DNA of 64,000 nucleotides, from contig OX597820.1 of the NCBI GenBank assembly GCA_951406725.2, positions 122,388,001 to 122,452,000 on the forward strand. Direction: 5' to 3'. The notes under the pieces were generated by a model. The model was not told where the DNA came from. It was given only the letters and a program-made list of their open reading frames with translations, and did no database searches. Made by a program: the position numbers and the translations under genes. This stretch comes from Octopus vulgaris. Taxonomy: Eukaryota. Positions 40,075 to 51,742 of the stretch are shown here, piece after piece. Within the stretch, counting starts at the first letter, position 1. The number at the start of each line of letters is the position of its first letter.

Positions 40075-40296
40075 TTACTTTAGCATTTAAACCGGCCATA
40101 TCCGGCCAAAAGTATTTTGCCTGTTTTATGTTCAAACTGGCCAGATCTGGTCTCTCACACCAACCCAACAATATCGTTTAAAAAATGAACAGCTACTTCA
40201 TCAAAATCTCAAAGCTACAAGGTAATGCATGATTAATTCAAAACAATGTAGATGAAGAAGCATTAATTTTGGCAGAATAATGTGAACACTAAAGGG
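40075..40296. mobile_element. piggyBac-type MITE (family A), left end degraded
   Basis: Similar to 3557-4000 without the insert. Right end CTAAAGGG|TTAA. Confidence 0.72.
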
Positions 40297-40718
40297 TTAA
40301 AATGTACAAGCAAAGAATTAAGCCATTTTGTGGTAGTCAAAGGTGGGTTTAGGATGTTGACACTTAAGGATGCTTTTGACTGGACTCAGGTAGCAGGACC
40401 AGAATACCTGACCATTCAACCGTGTGCAACTTGTATGCTCGCAAAGGCTGAATTTATCCATTCACTTGTGCTTCATAAGACAAGTTGCAATGGTTATTAA
40501 CTCATGGCATGACTTGACATACCATATCATAATGAGTTCAAAACCTGCCGGTACTGTTATGCAGTGTCCTTGGGTAGGGGATATTGAACTTGGTGGTTTT
40601 AAATCTAGATGTTTGCTCGATAACTATTTCTCTTATTATTTCATAATTGAATGATTAGTGGTACAAGGTGACTGAAATTTATTAGTGCAAACAAATTCAG
40701 AATGGATAAAATGATCAC

Positions 40719-40749
<31 letters not shown>

Positions 40750-41612
40750 AGATTAGAGATTTCAGAAGGCCAAGTTCATGGAGCACAAGCAGTTCATATC
40801 CACTCACCAGCATTATTTTACCCAAGAAAACGACTCCATTCTGAATCTCTCTCTCTCTCGTGTGTGTGTGTGTGTGTGCATGTGTGCCTGCATGCATACA
40901 TACATACACACATGAGACATGAGCTTAGAAAATGCAATACATATATCTAAAATATGCAACTGAAATTAGAGAAAAGGACATATTTATACAATGTATGGAC
41001 CCCAAGTAAAATGGTGGTTTATCAGTTTCCAAAGCTGATTCAACTTGTGGAGAAGAGTCTTTAGTGGCAAATCTGGGGGCAAACTTCCCTTCCATTCATC
41101 TGAATATTGGCTGATTTTCATGGCTGGTTTATTGGCCCTGTTTCATGTCCAACTCATTATGCACAGCATTCAGCATCAAGTTGGTGTAAAATATTTGTGT
41201 GTGTGTGCCAGTGGCACGTAAAAAGCACCATCCGTCCATGGCCGTTTCCCAGCTCCGTCTGGCACCTGTGCGGGTGGCACGTAAAAAGCACCCACTACAC
41301 TCACGGAGTGGTTGGCGTTAGGAAGGGCATCCAGCCATAGAAACACTGCCAGATCAGACTGGGCCTGGTGCAGCCTTCTGGCTTCACAGACCCCAGTTGA
41401 ACCGTCCAAGCGGACGCTAAATGATGATGAAGATGATGTGCATGCAAATTCCTGATACTTTTGAGGAATTTCTTTGAAAATGAACCATGTTGTCAGTTAT
41501 ATAAACATGTGGGAATCGTCTTTTGGATTTAATGTGTTTTGTATTTTCAATGTATTCCTAACAGTGAACCAAACTCTCATTCATGTATTGCAATTTTATT
41601 TGTGTTTCCTAG

Positions 41613-41753
41613 TGTTTGTTGGGTACCAGTACCAAAACTGTCATTACATCTTCTGGGAAGCTCGGAGTACAACAATGAGTGGCTATGATTTAACATCTTC
41701 TGAGATTGGTGGATGGAATTTGGATATTCACCATACATATAACTTTCAGGAAG
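41613..41753 (+). CDS. TENM: Teneurin internal exon: FN-plug C-terminal part
   Basis: cctag acceptor, AG|gtaagt donor, phase 1-1. VFVGYQYQNC...SEIGGWNLDIHHTYNFQE. Confidence 0.96.
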
Positions 41754-41832
41754 GTAAGTTCTCTTATCAACAACTTTATTCCAATCATGAAGACAAATTT
41801 TACAATGAAACTTTTTAATATTTCATATCTGT

Positions 41833-42234
41833 TACTCTTTTACTTGTTTCAGTCATTTGACTGCAGCCATGCTGGAGCACCGCCTTTAGTCGATCAAATC
41901 GACCCCGGGTCTTATTCTTTGTAAGCCCAGTACTTATTCTATCGGTCTCTTTTGCCGAACTGCTAAGTGACGGGGACATAAATACACCAGCATTGGTTGT
42001 CAAGCAATGCTAGGGGGACAAACACAAACACACACACACACACACACACATACATATATATATACATATATACGACAGGCTTCTTTCAGTTTCCGTCTAC
42101 TAAATCCACTCACAAGGCATTGGTCGACCCGGGTCTATAGCAGCAGACACTTGCTCAAGATGCCACGCAGTGGGACTGAACCCAGAACCATGTGGTTGGT
42201 TAGCAAGCTACTTACCACACAGCCACTCCTGCGC
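41833..42234 (-). mobile_element. SINE family 2
   Basis: Near-identical to 5980-6424. Starts about 80 nt after the exon ending at 41753. Confidence 0.87.
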
Positions 42235-43598
42235 CACTCCTGTTAATTACATTGAACAAATGGATGAAAGGAATCTCAAATTAAAGACAGTTTTACAATT
42301 GTAACTATTTTTTGACACAGCCCTGGACTCAGTGGTAGCCTGTGGCAAGTTTAATGAAATTGGTTCCAAAAAAACTTGCTGGAGGTTGAGTTTTGAAGCA
42401 TCTTTGTTTTGAGCCCTTAAGCAGTATTGACTGGATCTAGATTAGGAAGTTTTCAGCCATTAATTCTGTCAGCTGCAATTTTTTTACCATTCACATTTAG
42501 AAATAGACACCATTTTCATTGATAACGAACTGGTAATTATCAATCGAAGGCAATGTTCTATTGAAAAATAATTATGATAGCATTGACAGCTAGACTGATA
42601 TTGGCAGAGATGACAATAAGGGAAGATAACAATAATGGTGTGCTGCTGCTGCCACTGCTGCTGCTGCTGTTGGTGATGAATGAACATTGGAATTAATGAC
42701 ATTGGTTCCATCTATTTGCATTCTGGGATTGTCTGTGACAACATGGAAGCAAAGGTGCATTCGGCCATACTTTTCCCTTCAACAACATCACTGGCATTAA
42801 GATGGGGAACTTGCTGCATGGCCAACATTGCTCAGATATGCACCCTGAAGAGCAACATTCCAGGTGCACTAACCTAGCCATCCCAGTATAGATGTAGGAC
42901 TTAGATAGGCATGCATACTTATGTATGTCTGTATCTATATATAACATCATCATCACCATTTCCCATGCTGACATTTCGATGAGATATAATGGTATTTTTA
43001 CAGGTACCTGGATAATGGCATTTTTACAGGTATGTGTATATGTGCCATATTTGGAGTCAGTGCGTGAGCAGATTTGAATGTTTTGTTTCACGTATACATT
43101 CTTATGCATATAGTTGCACATCTCGATATGCAAGCATATTTAAGTAATAAACTTCTGGAAAGTTTTACAAATATTTATAATTCTAATGATGGTTTGGATC
43201 TGTCTGCCCGTCTGTATGCATGAATGTACCTTGATCATCATCATTGAACATCTATGTTCCATGTTGGCATGGGTTGCACAGTTTGTCAGGAGCTTGCAAG
43301 CCAGAGAGCTGCACCAGGCTCCATTTGTCTGTCTTGGCACAGTTTCTACACCTGCTTAACCTTCCTAATGCCAACCACTTTAGAGAGTATGGACTGGGTG
43401 ATTTTTACATGACATGAGCACTGGCACTTTTGACATGGCCCCAACACCAGAGGGTTGCCAAGTAACTTGCAAGATAAAAACTTCTCTGCTAGGATAAGGA
43501 ATGGTACTGCAGGTTGAGAGGTTAAAATGTGTGTGCAGATGAAATTCTGGAAATTCAGTTTCCTCCAAATTTACAAATTGATTTGTTTTTGTTTGTAG

Positions 43599-43851
43599 GA
43601 ATCCTGCACAAGGGTGATGGCACCAACATTTACCTGAAAGAGAAACCGAAAAAACTTGTTAACATTCTTGGAAATGGTTCCCGTCGCAAACTACTTGGAG
43701 ACAACTCTGATGGGAAGGCACTGGACAAGCAGCTGCTTGCACCAGTGGCCCTTGCAAGTGGACTTGATGGGAGCTTGTACGTAGGCGATTACAACCTGAT
43801 ACGCAAACTGTCTCCAAGTAGAGAAGAAGTGGCTAGTATCTTGCAGATGAG
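43599..43851 (+). CDS. TENM: Teneurin internal exon: start of NHL beta-propeller
   Basis: tgtag acceptor, AG|gtaagc donor, phase 1-2. GILHKGDG...LLAPVALASGLDGSLYVGDYNLIR. Confidence 0.96.
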
Positions 43852-45285
43852 GTAAGCACTCTTTTTTTTCAATTTCTTTGTATGATGGGATTAATTCCCT
43901 TTTAGTTAGAACTGGAGAGGATAGCTTTGTATTCTTATTCTGCTTTCTCCCACCTTCTCCTTCCCGTCTTTTTCATTATTGTAATCATGACTATAATTTT
44001 CTTCAAGCAGTTGCACACACACACACACACACACACTCATTCATTCATTCATTCATTCATATACATGTGTATATATGGCATAGATTAGATGGTTTAATGA
44101 TCTGATGTATCTAAGGACTGCAATTTACTCTAATTTCTGGATGCCCTTCCTGATGCCAAATCACTTTACAGTGTGGAGTGAATGCTTTTTTCATGCCATG
44201 CACATTATTGAGGTCACTATGTAGTTTGCAGGGCTATGAGCCCTGGTGGGGTGGTTGGGAAGTTAGTTTCATGCTAGGGAATGAGAGTCTTACTATGAGA
44301 GAGGAGGTGCAAGGCAGGGTCCTGCATGGTTACATCTAGTGGGGGAAAAAGAAAAAGACAAAATATATAGAAGGAGCTGCAAGACATAGATAATGGCAAT
44401 AAGGTGCTCAGATGCCCACCCTCCACAAGTCACAAGATGAGTAGAAGCTTGATTTACAAAATTGTCTGATTGCATGAGTGAATGGAGTTTGGGAAAGCAG
44501 ATTGCTAAAATGGATAGGGCTGGAGGGTAGGGGAGACAAGGGCTACGAGCTGAGGGAGATAGAGGGATGCAGAAGTGTGGCAGTGGGGTGGGAAGCTGGA
44601 GCAGTGAAGAGAATATAGTTGCTGGGGAGGGGGAAGGAGCAGGCATAATGCATGGATGGGGAGTCACCGTTAGGGACGGGGAACCCAAAATATAACATTT
44701 CCAGAACTCATATCAGCATCATCATCATCATCATCTCCATCATCATCATTATTTAAGGTCCACTCTCCACATGCTGGCATGGGTTAGATGCTGGAGCTGA
44801 TAAACCAGATGCCCTTTCTAACACCAAGCACTCCAGGAGTGTAATGGGTGCTTTATATGGTACCGGCAATGACCGTGACAATTCACAGGTGCCCTTCACA
44901 TGGTACCAGCAATGACCCCAGCTATGATTCATGGGTGCTATCTACATGGTAGCAGCTACAACCATGACTATGATTCATGGATGTCATTTTCATGGCACTG
45001 TCAACCACAATGGTTCATACTTTACACAGTACCAACAATGTCCATGACTACAATTCACAGGGGCCATTTACACGGTATCATCAATGACCACAACTATTCA
45101 GAGGGGCCAACGACTAGAACTACAATTCATGGCTGCCATTTATATATGTGTATATATTATAAAATACGTAAACATGAAAAATCAGAGTAAACAATATTTT
45201 GTACAAAAATTCAAATAATAAATTAATCAGTTTTAATAAAAGTTGTAGAGAGTGTTTCTGCTGGTTTAGCAACTTCATAGACATT

Positions 45286-45479
45286 TACATTATTTAGATT
45301 ATTTACATTTGATGGATATTTGTCCTCGTCTTGTTTGTTGTTAACACAACGTTTCAGCTGATGTACACTCCAGCCTCCATCAGCCGAAATGTTGTGTTAA
45401 CAGCAAACAAGATGAGGACAAATATCCATCAAATGTAAATAATGTAAATAATTCCTCATCTCTTAAATATAGAACTGTG
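45286..45479. mobile_element. Penelope-like fold-back insertion with TSD and a degenerate hammerhead core
   Basis: 75-bp inverted arms (45289-45363 / 45378-45452) and a 12-bp direct repeat TTCATAGACATT on both sides. Minus strand reads CTGATGG-AGGCTG...CAGCT-GAAACGTT. Confidence 0.8.
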
Positions 45480-45562
45480 TTCATAGACATTGCCCTCAAT
45501 GCTTGTACAAAGAAAGGATTGACCGAATTGCATTTGGCAAAGTACAACAGTTCTCAATACAT

Positions 45563-45600
<38 letters not shown>

Positions 45601-46869
45601 GCCAGTGCCGCCTTGACTGGGTTCTGTGCCAGTGGCACATAAAAAGCACCGACCAACTGTGGTCATTGCCAGCTGCCTCTGCAGTGGGTGCTTTTTACGT
45701 GCCAGTGACATGTACAAAGCACGCACTACACTGTCGGAGTGGTTGGCATTAGGAAGGGCATCCAGCTGTAGAAACACTGCCAGATCAGACTGGAGCCTGG
45801 TGCTGCCTCCTGGCTTCCCAGACCCCAGTCGAGCCTTTCAACCCATGCCAGCATGGAAAACAGATGTTAAGATGATGATGATGATATATTTCAGTTGAAT
45901 TTTTTCTTAATTTCAAGGATTTAAAAGTGGTTGAGTATCTCTATTGCAACACAGGTTCACATCCCATTGTCTCTAGACTCTAAGTATATTCCCAGTCAAG
46001 AAAAGAAAAAAAAAAATAAATGGAAATATGGAAAATCTGAAACATAGATTATGAAAGTAAAAGTTTGTGGGGGAAGAAATTCTGACAGCATTTAACATAA
46101 ATTGGAGGAAAAGAAAATGAAGCAACAAGATGAATTGGAAGAAGAAAATAGTAAAGGAAGGAGGGGGTGAAGTATATAGAAGGAATGCAAATAAGAAATA
46201 GAAGCATAAAAGTAAATAGATGAAGAAGAATTGTAGGGAGATGATGGGGAAATGTTTAAGGAAGGGGAAAGATATAGTAGTAAGAAGATAGAAAGAATGA
46301 GGAAGTCTGATAAGATTGGAGGAGGAGGAGGAGGAGGACTAAGACAATGGGAAATGGAAATGGTGGAGAAGTAGAAGAATGGAGGAAAAAATAGCAGAAT
46401 AAAGAGAGAGGAAGTCTGTTGAGGAATAAGGAAGAAGAACTGAAAAAGAAATTAGTTTTATAAAGGATTTTTGTTATTGCAAGTGTGTGTAATTGGCAGT
46501 GAAACATGTCAAATATAATTTAAGCAAGAATGTAGAAAATAAAAGTCAGTTTGATAGAATGTAATGCGAGACAAACAAACTAGAGAAAACACACACACAC
46601 ACACACACACAAGCGATATGTAATTGCATATATTTATGAGGACATAAATTTATTTACTCCTACACTAACAGGGTCTATGTAAACTGTGTATAAACAAGTT
46701 CCTATAAATTCTTAACATTCACAAATATGTTCCATATATTAATATACACAGAATGACTATAACAACAACAACAACAACAACAAAGATTTATGTACGAATA
46801 AACAACCACTGCTAAAGACAGGTGTATATTGAAATATACTCACAACACACTCACACACACACACATACA

Positions 46870-47555
46870 CACACACACATGTTTACATTAAAACACACAC
46901 ACACACATCCACACACATGTTTACATTAAAACACACACACACATCCACACACATGTTTACATTAAAACACACACACATCCACACACGTTTACATTAAAAC
47001 ACACACACACACACGTTTACATTAAAACACACACACACACATGTTTACATTAAAACACACACACACACATCCACACACATGTTTACATTAAAACACACAC
47101 ACACACATCCACACACATGTTTACATTAAAACACACACACACACATCCACACACATGTTTACATTAAAACACACACACACATCCACACACATGTTTACAT
47201 TAAAACACACACACACACACATAATACCAAAAAATGACATATATTAAAATGCAAACAAGCAGGCATGCATTTGAACAAATGCACATACATATACATGCAC
47301 GTATCTATGCCTGTACAAAAACTGACACACACATCCACACATATGTTTACATTAAAACACACACACACATCCACACACATGTTTACATTAAAACACACAC
47401 ACACACATCCACACACATGTTTACATTAAAACACACACACACACACATAATACCAAAAAGTGACATATATTAAAATGCAAACAAGCAGGCATGCATTTGA
47501 ACAAATGCACATACATATACATGCGCATATCTACGCCTGTACAAAAACTGACACT
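46870..47555. repeat. Minisatellite CATGTTTACATTAAAA(CA)nTCCACACA with a superimposed segmental duplication
   Basis: About 14 units. Block about 47195-47325 is repeated at about 47421-47552. Confidence 0.92.
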
Positions 47556-48489
47556 TACACAAAGAAGTGCACACACACACAGACACACACACACACACAC
47601 ACACACATGCACGTGCACACAAACAAACACAAGAAGCATAGTCAAAAACATAGACAAACACACAAACCCACACATTCACTTACAATGCTTTCTCCATACA
47701 ATGTATAAAATCCTCACCAAATACATGAGCAGAAATATTTAAAAGCATTGAAACATGAAGAAACAGAACTATTTAGTGACCTATAAATAGAACAACTTCA
47801 CTAATGATTCGAAAATTATGGTAAACTATGCCTGTGTTTCAATCAAATATAATAATAAATATAAATTGACATAAGGCTCCAAATTTTCTGAGTAAATTTA
47901 GCAGATAGCATAATACTAAGAATATTAATTAAATATAATTTATCTGATCCCAACGAATGGGAGGCAAAGTTGATTTAACATTGAAAGTAAAAAAGATGTC
48001 ACTCTTTTTTTGTTTGTCCACCAAGTTGAGTAATATTGGTTTCAAATTTTGGCACAAGGCCAGCAATTTCAGGAGAGGGGTTTAAGCTGATTACATTGAC
48101 CTCAGTACATAACTGGTACTTATTTTATTAATCCTCAAAAGATGAAAGGTTAAGCTGACTTTGGACCAAGTTGCGTATTATAATTAAGGAGATGGTGGTG
48201 GTGTAATATTGGTTTTGTGCGAAACTGTTTGTAGGAGTGGAAATATTGGCTGTAGATAAAGTTTACACTTGAAAATACTTTGGGTGGAGGGATGGAATTG
48301 CTCTGTTGTTTATTTTTGTCTGTAAGTCCTAAATATCCATTCATGCTTTTCTTGTTGTTATTTCTGAGAACATCTCTTAGAAACAGGATAAAAAATTTAC
48401 AAGACCTGACTGTCCTGTCTTTCTGTGTCTGTGGTATTCCATTATCTGACAAATTCTTCCTGATAAGATGATTGTGTGTTATATGAGGG

Positions 48490-49110
48490 GTATCAGCAAT
48501 TCAAGTTAACAACAATGGGGTAAAAAGATTAGGGAGATGAAAACAAGGTTGTGAGTCAATCAGGGATAGTTGCAGACATGCTGAAGATAAGTGACGAAGA
48601 AGAATACGTGATTAGCACCTGGTTAGTTAATCAAGTTATATCAGGACGTATCGGACCCAATGACCTGCAAAATAGTGCCATCATAAACTGCTATAAAGTG
48701 AAAGGAGAGGCCTTAAAGAGAGGACATTATAGGGAAATCAGACTTCTGGATCAAGTTCTAAAGGTGATAGAGAAAGTCTACACAAATGATCCATGATAGG
48801 GTAGACCTGGATGGGATTCGGTTTGACTTTGTGCCTGGAAGAGGTGCTACGGGTGGAATCGTCATAGGGACGTAACTGCAGAGGAAAATACTTCACATTC
48901 TGCGATTTGGTGGTCACTGAAGAAAGCAAGTGTAGAAAAATGTTTGTGAAGGTGGCACAAGATGTGTACAAAGATGAAAGAAGGAAAGTGAGACATGACA
49001 ACAGATTCAGTGATGAATTTAGCATGAAGGTAGAAGGCCATCAAGTAGTTTTCTATTCATTATTGTCCCACAAGACATCGCAGGGGAGTTTAGAGCAGAT
49101 TGTATTTTTA
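48490..49110 (+). mobile_element. Decayed RTE LINE reverse transcriptase fragment
   Basis: SGIVADMLK...IINCYKVKGEALKRGHYREIRLLDQVLKVIEKV; frameshifted. Confidence 0.75.
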
Positions 49111-49638
49111 CCTCAATCCTTAAGAGACCAATCTAAAGCAGAGAGTATAGCTTGATGCAGTTGTTTAGCTTTTGACATTGCCTCTACTCAGAGTTACAAG
49201 CGGAATATAGCTCATTTGGAGCACTACAATTCCAGTCTGTTATATATTTTGAGTATTGTTATCACTAGCGATCTCAAGATATAACTTTGTATTTTGTATT
49301 TTATGTATATGCATTTACAAAATATATAAAATATAAAATTTAAATTATTTAAATTTAAAATTTTAAATTTATATTCATAAAATTTATATTTTTTATATTT
49401 ATTTTTATGTTTTGGTTTATGTCTTGCACTGTTTGATTTGCCTAATAGTGGTTTTATCTCTAATTTAATTTATATTTATTTATATTTATACTGTGAAATT
49501 TGATTTAATCCTAAATCTAATTTTCCCCTGTAAGTTTGGATATACTCCCTAATATTATTATTATATGCATTTACATATACATATATGTGTGTCTGTGTAT
49601 GTGTGCACGTGTGATATCCTGTATATATGTATGACAGT

Positions 49639-50026
49639 GGAGGCGCAATGGCCCAGTGGTTAGGGCAGCGGACTCGCGGTCATAGGATCGCGGTTTCAAT
49701 TCCCAGACCGGGAGTTGTGAGTGTTTATTGAGCGAAAACACCTAAAAGCTCCACGAGGCTCCTGCAGGTGATGGTGGTGATCCCTGCTGTACTCTTTCAC
49801 CACAACTTTCTCTTACTCTTATTTCCTGTTTCTGTTGTACCTGTATTTCAAGGGGCTGGCCTTGTCACTCTCTGTGTCACGCTGAATATCCCCGAGAACT
49901 ACGTTAAGGGTACACGTATCTGTGGAGTGCTCAGCCACTTACACGTTAATTTCACGAGCAGGCTGTTCCGTTGATTCGGATCAACCGGAACCCTCATCGT
50001 CGTAACCGACGGAGTGCTTCCATCCA
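49639..50026 (+). mobile_element. tRNA-derived SINE (family 1), full length
   Basis: Copy of 7319-7705, with TSD tat(g/c)tatgacag. Confidence 0.88.
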
Positions 50027-50093
50027 TATCTATGACAGCATCTTTGTGTATTTGTTCACTGGTTCACTGAAAATCAATGTTTTATTTTTGCAG

Positions 50094-50329
50094 CACATCA
50101 TCCATAGCCTACAAATATTACATGACTGTGAGTCCTGTTGATGGCCGCCTCTACATATCAGACTCTATGAGTCATAAGATTCTGCGAGTAAAGACAATGG
50201 GTCCAGTACGACGCCTTGAAGAAAACTTTGAAGTCATTGCTGGTAATGGGGAGGAATGTACACCTGGAGAGACTGCTCTCTGCGGGGATGGAAGCTTGGC
50301 TGTGAAAGCTCGCTTGAGTCATCCTAAAG
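50094..50329 (+). CDS. TENM: Teneurin internal exon: NHL repeats
   Basis: tgcag acceptor, AG|gtagga donor, phase 2-1. YKYYMTVSPVDGRLYISD...AGNGEECTPGETALCGDG...LSHPK. Confidence 0.96.
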
Positions 50330-50409
50330 GTAGGATTGTGTGTTACCTGTTACTTTGCATTTGTTTTTTTAATTTCACACTTAATGAAACCATATTGGCA
50401 GAACTATAT

Positions 50410-50730
50410 ATTCCCAACCACATGACTGAGTTCAGTCCCCCATGTGGCACTTTGGGCAAGAGTCTTCTTTTATAGCCTAAGCCTTGTGCATCATGGATTT
50501 GGTAGAAAGAAGCCCATTGTATATGTGTGTATGTGTGTGTGTGTGTGTGTTTATGTGTGTGTGTATTTGTCCTTGAACACTACTTGACAACTGGTGTTGA
50601 CGTGTCCCTGTAACTTAGTGGCTCAGCAAAAGAGACCGAGATAGAATAAGTACTGTGGTTGATCTATTTGACTTAAATACCTCGAGTTGTTGCCCCAGTA
50701 TGGTCCCAGTCTGACGAGTGGAACACAGTA
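50410..50730 (+). mobile_element. SINE family 2, older diverged copy
   Basis: CCAACCACATG...TTGGGCAAG...GATAGAATAAGTACT motifs. Other partial copies at about 4706-4775, 4912-5062, 58760-58990 and 62010-62160. Confidence 0.7.
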
Positions 50731-51138
50731 AGTACTCCCACAACCGGTAACTCTCAGGCATGTTTTCATGGAAGACTTTAAAGCTTGTTAAAAACCATCA
50801 TGTGGCGTCAAGACAAAGACACACAGACATTCATGCACACACTCACTCACACACACACACACAAATAGAATGGAATGATAAGTAATTGCTTATGGGAGAC
50901 CAGAAAAATCTAAGAGCCTGGGGATTTTTAGTTGCCTGTTTTTTTTTTAATTAAACCTTAATGCAGGAACTACTGTGTGGTCTACCATAAATACTGAGTG
51001 CTTTATCATATTCTTCAACAGTCCCAGCACAAGCAACATTGCATTGTCTGAATTTTACCATAGATTTTTTTTCTGATCATCTCTTCTGGTGTCAGGTGTA
51101 ATAACTTATTTTGGTTACATTTTCTTCCTTTCATCCAG

Positions 51139-51296
51139 GTATTGCAATCAACAAAGATGGTGTCATCTACTTCGCTGATGGTCCCAACATTCGCCATGTC
51201 AGTACCAATGGCCGCATCAGCACCCTAATTGGTTCTCAAGAACTGGTTGGTAAATGGACACCATTGCCATGTGATGAAATTGTATCTGCCGACAAG
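51139..51296 (+). CDS. TENM: Teneurin internal exon: NHL repeats
   Basis: ccag acceptor, AAG|gtaaat donor, phase 1-0. GIAINKDGVIYFADGPNIR...WTPLPCD. Confidence 0.96.
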
Positions 51297-51397
51297 GTAA
51301 ATATTGCTCACTTCATTTCTTTCTTCACATTGCATAATTATCTACAAAACTTTATACCTATTTTGAGTTACTCGCTATATATATATATATATGTATG

Positions 51398-51551
51398 TAT
51401 ATTAAGTATAGGAAAGAATGGAGCTGAACGAAGATTTAACAAAATTCCCTTATTTTATTTTCGACATATGTTTCAAAACGTATGTCAAAAATAAAATAAA
51501 GGAATTTTGTTAAATCTTCGTTCAGCTCCATTCTTTCCTATACTTAATATA
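51398..51551. repeat. Near-perfect palindrome, about 76-bp arms, in (TA)n; Penelope-like
   Basis: Arms differ at 3 positions. The centre carries GAAACATATGTC on the minus strand. Confidence 0.93.
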
Positions 51552-51704
51552 TTAAATTAAACTTCAAATTTCTGCACTAAGGCACGGAGTTTATACCCTA
51601 TGGTCGTAACTTCAACCGTGCTTTTTCTGTTGTGAGTTTGCTACCAGGTATCGGTTATCTTTCGAATTATCCGTAATAAGATAATTCATTTGTCTACTTA
51701 TATA

Positions 51705-51742
<38 letters not shown>

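Noticed and set aside
46870-47450. Repeat-spacer-like pattern resembling a CRISPR array
   Set aside because: The spacers are only (CA)n of variable length. The context is a eukaryotic intron with no cas genes.
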